Positions 57,222-64,000 of a DNA stretch of 64,000 bases are shown here, piece by piece. Numbering within the stretch: position 1 is the first letter of the stretch; each line of letters begins with the position of its first letter. The notes beneath the pieces were generated by a model. It was not told the origin of the DNA, ran no database searches, and was given only the letters and a program-made list of their open reading frames with translations. Where the stretch lies: positions 1 through 64,000 of the IMG/VR virus record IMGVR_UViG_3300019762_000005, one strand, 5' to 3'. The translations under genes were made by a program, and so were the position numbers. Origin of the DNA: a virus.

Positions 57222-59042
57222 ATGACAAAGAAAAGAAGTAAATTTTTATACAGCTTGGAGTCTTTTAATGATTTATTTTGCGTTGTTTTTTTAAATACAG
57301 AGACAAAGGTCCACTTGTTTTATCAGATTAGTGAAAAGAATAATATGGTTGAAAAACTACAGAAATTTCTGATTAGCGGTATTCAATTGATAGGATACAA
57401 TAGCATTGGTCATGATTATCAGTTGTTGCACGAAATAGTACTAGCTGATAACAATATAGGGCCCGGTTATATTCGTAAGATTTCAAAAGAAATATTGAAA
57501 GGAGAAAGAGCTATAAGCAATTCCAGTATATTTCCTCAATTAGATCTTTACAGGATAAACGGATATAACTCTAAAAAAATACCATTAAGTTGGTTGCAAT
57601 TTTCTTACGGTAGAAAAGTAATAAGATCTATCCCTGTTCATAAAGATTATCTTTTAAAGAATGTCGACCATCCTTCTATAATTGATAGCTGTAGAGAGAA
57701 TGTAGATTTCTTGAATGAGATTTACGAGAATTCAAAGCCAGCTATTAGAAAAAGAATGGCTTTATCTAAAGAGCTTGGAAACAAGGTAATGAATATGTCA
57801 AACAGTAAAATTGGAGAGTTACTGATAAGGACTGAATTTGAAAAAATATCAGCAAAGACAATTAAAAAAGGAATGAAAACCAGTTCGGTAGAATCTATAA
57901 AACTTTCTGAAGTAATACCTGATGATATTGAATATAATCATGTAGAGCTAAAAAAGTTTGTATCTAGGTTGTCTAAACTTGAAATACATCCAAAAGATAG
58001 TCTTACTACGGATATTGACCTAGACGGACTTGTTATCACATTTTCAAAAGGAGGCTTGCACACCAACGATGTCTCAGGAGTTATAGAGAATACTAAAGGA
58101 GCACTTGAAGAGCATGATGTAATATCAATGCACTCTAGCACCATTGTTAACGAATCTATAGCTCCTAGACATTTAGGTAGGCCTTGGATTAAAGCTGTTG
58201 GAAAAGTTAAAGACATGCGAATGGAGACTATAAGAAAAGACCCTTTAAAGAAAGAGGTGTTTTTCAAAGAAGCCTTAAACGCAGGTTCTTACGGAAAGTT
58301 GAATTATGCTCCATCTTGGCAGTACGACCCTTTAGCCTCCTATAAAACAACGATAATTGGGGAACTTAGGATGTTGGAATTGATCGACAAGCTAATAGCT
58401 ATGGATGTTGAAGTGATTAGTGTAAATAATGACGGTCTAGTATTACATTATTCGGATTGGGATGAAAACCTAGTAGCTGATGTTATAGGTGCTTGGGAGT
58501 CAAAGAATGGATACTCTACAAAGAAAACTACTTTAAAAAAAATAGTTTATAACGGTATAAATAACTATATTGGATTCCTTACTGATGGACATCTACTTAA
58601 AGGTCAATTTGCTATTAACAAGAGCAAAGCTAAAGACAATTCTAGGAAGATAATTCCAATAGCACTGTTTGAGTATTTTGTGAATGGTAAATCCATAAAA
58701 GAAACAATAACCAACCATAAGAATATATTAGATTTTTGTGTTGGTTTGAAAGCTAAAGGTAAGGTGTACTGGATGTCTGACGAAGAAAATCCCATGAAAA
58801 TAGAAAGAGAAGTTATAAGGTATTTCGTCTCTAACGATTCTGTGAAAATATTTGAAGAAGACATTAGAGGTAACAAGATTCCTTTAGAAAAAGGATTAAA
58901 CATTACTATGTTTATGGAGGTTATAGAAGATGTTGATTATAATGTCAATTACAATTATTACATAAACGAATGCTCGAAGATTATTAGATCAGTAGAAGCA
59001 AGAAGAGACGATAAGAATTATAAACAAGAAAAACTATTTTAA
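57222..59042 (+). CDS. polB: Family B DNA polymerase (crAss type) with altered catalytic motifs
   Basis: GYN..HD, GGLH, motif A HDVISMHS, motif B KEALNAGSYGK, YDP, motif C NNDG, NNY, KGQF, C-terminal NYNYYI. Confidence 0.85.
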   Translation: MTKKRSKFLYSLESFNDLFCVVFLNTETKVHLFYQISEKNNMVEKLQKFLISGIQLIGYNSIGHDYQLLHEIVLADNNIGPGYIRKISKEILKGERAISNSSIFPQLDLYRINGYNSKKIPLSWLQFSYGRKVIRSIPVHKDYLLKNVDHPSIIDSCRENVDFLNEIYENSKPAIRKRMALSKELGNKVMNMSNSKIGELLIRTEFEKISAKTIKKGMKTSSVESIKLSEVIPDDIEYNHVELKKFVSRLSKLEIHPKDSLTTDIDLDGLVITFSKGGLHTNDVSGVIENTKGALEEHDVISMHSSTIVNESIAPRHLGRPWIKAVGKVKDMRMETIRKDPLKKEVFFKEALNAGSYGKLNYAPSWQYDPLASYKTTIIGELRMLELIDKLIAMDVEVISVNNDGLVLHYSDWDENLVADVIGAWESKNGYSTKKTTLKKIVYNGINNYIGFLTDGHLLKGQFAINKSKAKDNSRKIIPIALFEYFVNGKSIKETITNHKNILDFCVGLKAKGKVYWMSDEENPMKIEREVIRYFVSNDSVKIFEEDIRGNKIPLEKGLNITMFMEVIEDVDYNVNYNYYINECSKIIRSVEARRDDKNYKQEKLF

Positions 59043-59043
59043 C

Positions 59044-59841
59044 ATGGATTGCACAAGGTTGAAAGATTATGATTTAATAATACTTAATACAAGCGCAGGT
59101 AAGGATTCTCTAGTAATGATGTGGGACATCTTAAGAAGAGCAAAAAAGGAAAACTACCCAATTGAAAGAATAGTGTGCTCACATCAAGACTTAGGTAGGT
59201 TCGAATGGCCAGGAACAAAAGTTCTTGTTGAGACTCAAGCTAGTATATTTGGATTAAAGACTTATTATTCTAAAAGAAGAAACAAGGACGGATACGAAGA
59301 AAACCTGCTTGAATATGTTTTAAGAAGAAGGAAGTGGCCATCTAATAAACAAAGATGGTGTACTAGCGACTTTAAAAGAGGTCCTGGAGCAAGAGTAGTG
59401 ACTAAATTAACTAAAGATTTAGGCAAATGCAAAGTTTTATATGTGTTCGGATTTAGAAGCCAGGAAAGCCCTGCAAGAGCTAAAAAAAATGTTATAGAAA
59501 TAAACAAAAATCTATCAACAAAAAACAGGACGGTACATACTTTTAATCCTATTCTAGGGATGGACATAAAGAAAGTTTGGAGAATAATAAAATTATTCAA
59601 ACTTCCTTACCATTATGCTTATGACTTAGGAATGCCTAGACTTTCTTGTATATTTTGTATATTTTCTCCGTTTGACGCTTTAGTTATAGCTGGTATCGAA
59701 AATATGGAATTACTGGAAGAATATATTTCTGTTGAAGAAGAAATAAATCATACTTTTAGAGATAAGTTTTCGTTAAAAGAGGTTAGAAAAAGCATAGAAG
59801 AAGGGTATAGACCTAAAGGAATTCCAGACTGGGTTATGTAA
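59044..59841 (+). CDS. PAPS reductase family (PP-loop, Fe-S) protein
   Basis: SAGKDS, RWCTSDFK, GFRSQESPAR, RLSCIFC. Confidence 0.88.
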   Translation: MDCTRLKDYDLIILNTSAGKDSLVMMWDILRRAKKENYPIERIVCSHQDLGRFEWPGTKVLVETQASIFGLKTYYSKRRNKDGYEENLLEYVLRRRKWPSNKQRWCTSDFKRGPGARVVTKLTKDLGKCKVLYVFGFRSQESPARAKKNVIEINKNLSTKNRTVHTFNPILGMDIKKVWRIIKLFKLPYHYAYDLGMPRLSCIFCIFSPFDALVIAGIENMELLEEYISVEEEINHTFRDKFSLKEVRKSIEEGYRPKGIPDWVM

Positions 59842-59859
59842 GTACAAAAAAAAATTAAC

Positions 59860-60282
59860 ATGGAGAAATATCAAAAAAAATGTGATTGCTGTGGAAAACC
59901 CTTCAATGCTGGCTTTTTAGATGCTGGTAGTGAATGGTGTTCTATGAAGTGCTTAATAAAAGAGAACCAGAAAGACATTCCATCATATTCAAAGTCAGAT
60001 TGGGAAAAGGATTGTGAAATTTCTCCAGATGTATGTTACTATACTGAATGGGAGGAAATAGATGAGGACGAATGGTACAATAAAGACGGAGTATTATTCA
60101 GAACAGATACTGAGCAGCTTTTATACGAAAGGTTAAACGCTTGTCATTCAGCTATAGACTCATTCTCTGACTTCCAAAAAGAGCTAGGTATTGATAATCA
60201 AGAGTCTGAGTCTTACCTCGCTCTAATAGGAGAATTAGCAGAAAACGAATCATTATTAAAAAAGATAGAAGATGGCAAGTAG
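59860..60282 (+). CDS. Hypothetical Cys-rich protein
   Basis: CDCCGK..WCSMKC..YYTEWE. Confidence 0.65.
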   Translation: MEKYQKKCDCCGKPFNAGFLDAGSEWCSMKCLIKENQKDIPSYSKSDWEKDCEISPDVCYYTEWEEIDEDEWYNKDGVLFRTDTEQLLYERLNACHSAIDSFSDFQKELGIDNQESESYLALIGELAENESLLKKIEDGK

Positions 60283-60532
60283 ATTACAGAAACTGTCAAG
60301 AGACAGATCTCATTTTAAGTGGAGAATATCAGGAATGGTTATACCTGTAAAAGGATTGACTGATTTTGAACGTGAAATTGTTGAAGAGATTAATGTTAAG
60401 ATAAAGCTATTAAAGGATAACTTTGTTGAACAATCAAGAGTACTTGGATTAGACGCAAAACATAGATGTTCTTGCGGTAAAGTCGTTGAAAACAAAGGAG
60501 ACTCTTGTAAAATACACACTTGGGATGAGTAA
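60272..60532 (+). CDS. Hypothetical protein
   Basis: C-terminal CSC..C..H. Confidence 0.6.
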   Translation: MASRLQKLSRDRSHFKWRISGMVIPVKGLTDFEREIVEEINVKIKLLKDNFVEQSRVLGLDAKHRCSCGKVVENKGDSCKIHTWDE

Positions 60533-60731
60533 AATGACAAGAAAAACAAGAGATTTCGCAGAGTGCGAGACTCACGGTGTTACCAATTTTGAAGAAAATT
60601 CGTTCAAGAACTGTGACGAAAATTGCGAGATCTACAAGATAGGAACTATCACGGAAACTAGAGTAGCGACAACTACTCCTAAAAAGAGACAAGCATGGAC
60701 TCTAACAGAACTGAAAGACAAAAAGGATTAG
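60525..60731 (+). CDS. Small hypothetical protein (start uncertain)
   Basis: CxxH...CxxC; bridges to helicase gene. Confidence 0.45.
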   Translation: MSKMTRKTRDFAECETHGVTNFEENSFKNCDENCEIYKIGTITETRVATTTPKKRQAWTLTELKDKKD

Positions 60732-61873
60732 TCCTTGATTGGTTTTCTGCAAAAATGAAAGGTGTAGTATTAGCTGCTACTGGATTTGGAAAATCAAGAG
60801 TTGGACTACTAGCTATAAAAAGAGCTATAAAAGTCAAGGAATTAAAATCTTGCTTAATAATAGTTCCTTCAATAGGATTAAAAATACAATGGGAAAAGCT
60901 AGTTGCGGAAGCAGGTATTAACATTGTAGATGTAATGGTGATAAATACTGCAGCTAATAGAGCTGAAAATCTAAAGTATGAACTAGTGATATATGATGAA
61001 TTTCATAGAGCTGGTTCAGAGTTTTTTATAAAGGCTTTAGAAATTAAAAAAAAATATATCCTTGGTCTTACTGCTACGCTAGAAAGGCCTGATAACACTC
61101 ACTTGGAGTTGGTAAAAATAGCTCCTGTAATTGGAGAAGTTAAACTTGATGAGTGTTTAATAAAAGGATGGGTAAGTAATTATAGGATACTAAATTTAAT
61201 AGTTCCATTTACTAAAAAAGAAAGAGCAGCTCATGAAACAGCTGTTGGAACTTACGAGTACTACAATAAGCTTTGTACTGGAAATGGTAGATACGCTTTT
61301 GAAAATGCTAGAAGTTGGATTAAAGGTAGTGAGCCTACGTTAAAAAGGCAAGCTGCTAAATATTACAACGCTTTGAGAACAAAGAATGATTTAGCGAAGT
61401 ACAACGTGAACAAGATAGCTGTTATAGAAGACATTGTGAATAATAATTTTAGAGATAGAAAAGGATTCATATTCAGTACTTCTATAGAATTCGCTACCGA
61501 CTTGCAAGGTCTGATAGATAAGAAATCTATAATGTATCATAGTAAACTGAAGAAGAAAGAAAAGGAAAAGGCTGTAAAAATGTTTATTTCTGGGAAGAAA
61601 ACAGTATGCAATGCTGTTCAATCTATGAATGAAGGTCTTGATTTTCCAGACGCTTCTTTAGCTATTATACTAGACTCGGATAGTTCGGTAAGAAAAGCTA
61701 GACAGCAATTAGGAAGAATAATTAGAGCTACTGAAGATCCTGATAAGGTAGCAACGTTAATCAATGTTTGTTCGGAAGATTCCGTAGAAAATGGGTGGGC
61801 GGATAAGAAATTTCAGGGATTAAAAACAAAAACTGTCACTATTGACAAGTTAAAACTAATACTTAATGAGTAA
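60695..61873 (+). CDS. Superfamily 2 helicase
   Basis: ATGFGKS, DEFH, GLTAT, NEGLD, QQLGRIIR. Confidence 0.9.
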   Translation: MDSNRTERQKGLVLDWFSAKMKGVVLAATGFGKSRVGLLAIKRAIKVKELKSCLIIVPSIGLKIQWEKLVAEAGINIVDVMVINTAANRAENLKYELVIYDEFHRAGSEFFIKALEIKKKYILGLTATLERPDNTHLELVKIAPVIGEVKLDECLIKGWVSNYRILNLIVPFTKKERAAHETAVGTYEYYNKLCTGNGRYAFENARSWIKGSEPTLKRQAAKYYNALRTKNDLAKYNVNKIAVIEDIVNNNFRDRKGFIFSTSIEFATDLQGLIDKKSIMYHSKLKKKEKEKAVKMFISGKKTVCNAVQSMNEGLDFPDASLAIILDSDSSVRKARQQLGRIIRATEDPDKVATLINVCSEDSVENGWADKKFQGLKTKTVTIDKLKLILNE

Positions 61874-62423
61874 GATTGAAGTAGACCTTGTTAAATGTCA
61901 ACTAAACAATATTACTCCTAGCGATTATGTTTTGATACACCTCATGTATCACAGGGATTACAAAAGGATAGAAGGAATTTTCACTAGAAAAGGAGCTTCT
62001 GAGATCAAAAATGGACTAATAGGAAGCAAGTATATACTTAGCGGAAGAGAAGTTCCATTCAAAGAGACAATCCTTAGTTTGAAGAATGTTAAGTCCTTAT
62101 TGAATATCAAAGATGATACATTCGATTTTTGGAAATGGTATAGTATATATCCTCATAAAGTTGGATCGAGAATCCTTAGAGCTACTACACATGGCTCTAA
62201 AGCTGCAACGGACCACGAAAAGAAGTATAGACGAGTCGTTAAATCAATCGAGCATCACGATGAAATTTGCAAAAGGACTGAAAACTATGTAGAATCGCAA
62301 AGGATAGCTGAAAAGTTACCATATTTGCCGGCAATACTAACGGTTCTTAATGGTAGATTATGGGAGCAATGGGACGATATTGAAAAAGAGGAAGACGCAG
62401 CATGGAATCAGACGCTTATATAA
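61866..62423 (+). CDS. Conserved protein upstream of DnaB (possible initiator/loader)
   Basis: FDFWKWYSIYP...LNGRLWE, DnaD/replication-protein C-terminal-like pattern; synteny. Confidence 0.55.
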   Translation: MSKIEVDLVKCQLNNITPSDYVLIHLMYHRDYKRIEGIFTRKGASEIKNGLIGSKYILSGREVPFKETILSLKNVKSLLNIKDDTFDFWKWYSIYPHKVGSRILRATTHGSKAATDHEKKYRRVVKSIEHHDEICKRTENYVESQRIAEKLPYLPAILTVLNGRLWEQWDDIEKEEDAAWNQTLI

Positions 62424-64000
62424 AGAAGATATTACAAAACATCGAGAGAGGGAAGCAAGGTCTTAATGTTGGGTTGCCAATGGGTCTTAAAAGATTGGGC
62501 TCAGTGATAAGCAATATTCAGCCAAAAACGTACACTATTATATCTGGTGGAACTGGTTGTTACGACAGTAATACTGAGTACTTCAATGGAAAGCAATGGA
62601 AGTTCTTTAGTGACTATAAAAAAGGAGAGAAAGTCTTAATGTATAACGGTGACGGAACTGCAGAGTTAGTAATTCCTTCTGAATACATAAAGAAAAAAGC
62701 TTCTTACTTCTATAACTTCAAGAGCAAATACGGAATAGACCAGATGATTTCTGGAGAGCATACCGTGATTACTCTTTCAAAGCAGGGAAGTATAGTTAAA
62801 ACTAGAGCTGATAAGTTTGTTGAAGATCATAACAAGACATCAAGAGGGTCTAAAAAAGCATTTATAACTACGTTTAGGTACAAGCCTGAAAAAGAGATAG
62901 ATGTTAGTAAAGATTTGATAAGGAATTATATAGGCGCAAGAACTAAAGTTTTTCCTGATGAATGGTACAATATGTCTAGTTCTAGTTTGAAAGTTTTTCA
63001 TGACGAGCTTAAATACTGGGATGGTAGTATACCTAAGAATAGTAGCAAGCTGTACTCGTACTCTTCTAATAACAAGAAGAATATCGACTTCGTTCAGTTT
63101 GTCTGTTCCTCTTTAGGGTATAGAGCTAGTGTACACGTAGATGAAAGGTATGAGAATAAGAACTATACTATTTATCAATCCAATAGAACGAAGCCTATGA
63201 TGGTTAATTCTTTAGGAGTTGACAAGATAGATAAAGTCTATAACCACGATGGAATGAAATACTGTTTTACTGTTCCTTCAGGAATGTTAGTAACAAGAAG
63301 AAATGATTGTATAACTATATCTGGGAATACAGGAAAGACAGCTTTCGTTGATACAGCCTACGTTTCAAACCCTTACAGACATATATTGACAGGTAATAAC
63401 ATTTACGATTTGGAGGTTATTTATTTTTCGTTAGAGATAGATCCAGAACAGAAAATAACAAAGCTTATAGCTAATAAGTTATGGGCTGATTATGGATTAA
63501 AAACTACCGTAGGAGAGATACTTTCAAAAGGAGATAAAAGAATACCGCTAGAGGTCGATAGAGCTATAGGTGAAACTACTGATTATTTTGTCAAAATGGG
63601 AGACAAGATTAAGTATAGGAGTGCAGCTAGTCCAGATTATATCTATAGAGAGTTAATGAACTACGCTAAGAAAAGAGGTAAAATTACATTGAACGATAAG
63701 GGAATAGTTATTAACTATCAACCTCATAATCCAATGTTAGTAACCTTAGTTATTGTAGATCATATAGGTCTTATAAAGCCAAACTCTAAAGATAGAAACC
63801 TTAAAGAAGCTATAGATAGAGCTTCTAAAACGTTGATATACTTTAGGAATATATTTGGATTTGCTCCAGTTGTTGTTTCTCAGTTCAATAGAGCCATAGA
63901 GGGGCACGACAGGATGAAAGGCGATAACGAACCTAAGCTTAGTGATTTGAAAGAGTCTGGAGGCCCTAGTGAAGATGCTAATCTTGTTATAGGATTGTAC
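62402..64000 (+). CDS. dnaB: Replicative DnaB-like helicase, intein-containing, partial
   Basis: Not in ORF track; MESDAYIKK...GGTG|intein|TGKT, YFSLE, VIVDHIGL, VSQFNR, PKLSDLKESG; open to window end. Confidence 0.9.
   Translation, partial: MESDAYIKKILQNIERGKQGLNVGLPMGLKRLGSVISNIQPKTYTIISGGTGCYDSNTEYFNGKQWKFFSDYKKGEKVLMYNGDGTAELVIPSEYIKKKASYFYNFKSKYGIDQMISGEHTVITLSKQGSIVKTRADKFVEDHNKTSRGSKKAFITTFRYKPEKEIDVSKDLIRNYIGARTKVFPDEWYNMSSSSLKVFHDELKYWDGSIPKNSSKLYSYSSNNKKNIDFVQFVCSSLGYRASVHVDERYENKNYTIYQSNRTKPMMVNSLGVDKIDKVYNHDGMKYCFTVPSGMLVTRRNDCITISGNTGKTAFVDTAYVSNPYRHILTGNNIYDLEVIYFSLEIDPEQKITKLIANKLWADYGLKTTVGEILSKGDKRIPLEVDRAIGETTDYFVKMGDKIKYRSAASPDYIYRELMNYAKKRGKITLNDKGIVINYQPHNPMLVTLVIVDHIGLIKPNSKDRNLKEAIDRASKTLIYFRNIFGFAPVVVSQFNRAIEGHDRMKGDNEPKLSDLKESGGPSEDANLVIGLY
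62558..63328 (+). mobile_element. Intein (257 aa) in DnaB Walker A with remnant LAGLIDADG endonuclease
   Basis: Starts CYDSNTE, block B ISGEH, ELKYWDGS (one LAGLIDADG-like motif), block F YCFTVPSG, ends SGN followed by Thr. Confidence 0.9.

Noticed and set aside
46272-61621. Minus-strand ORFs in the early/replication block
   Set aside because: Antisense to well-supported plus-strand genes.
1-64000. Stop-codon reassignment (known in some crAss-like phages)
   Set aside because: Core genes are full length in the standard code, TAG and TGA both end real genes, and no suppressor-anticodon tRNA is seen; the single in-frame TAA at 43970 is isolated.

Overview
A 64-kb, AT-rich segment of a crAss-like phage (Crassvirales-type podovirus). 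The host is probably a Bacteroidota (Flavobacteriia-like) bacterium, judging from TAnnTTTG promoters, A-rich SD-less initiation regions and a CHU_C lipoprotein. The standard genetic code gives long intact ORFs. Positions 1-35.1 kb (minus strand) hold the late/structural block: cargo proteins, muzzle, ring and hub proteins, a lysis cassette with an embedded patatin, fibres including an SGNH hydrolase, auxiliary capsid, MCP, portal, an intein-containing large terminase, HU/IHF-like proteins, a DEDD exonuclease and an Acb2/Tad1-like protein. A repeat-rich strand switch lies at about 35.2-36.6 kb. The plus strand then carries early/host-takeover genes, four aberrant tRNA-like elements, several ORF-free structured regions, and replication genes (SSB, RNase H, a family B polymerase with altered catalytic motifs, a PAPS-reductase-family protein, an SF2 helicase and an intein-containing DnaB that runs off the window). 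Four items stand out. (1) A duplicated two-gene cassette of a mosaic ~592-aa protein plus a coiled-coil partner; one copy carries a ~60-aa stretch that looks stitched together from conserved large-terminase motifs, a candidate decoy against terminase-sensing immunity. (2) A PolB with a degenerate proofreading site and His at the steric-gate position. (3) tRNA-scaffold RNAs, one with a ~155-nt structured insert. (4) Late promoters placed to give leaderless mRNAs. All family assignments are by eye from motifs and synteny; no searches were run.
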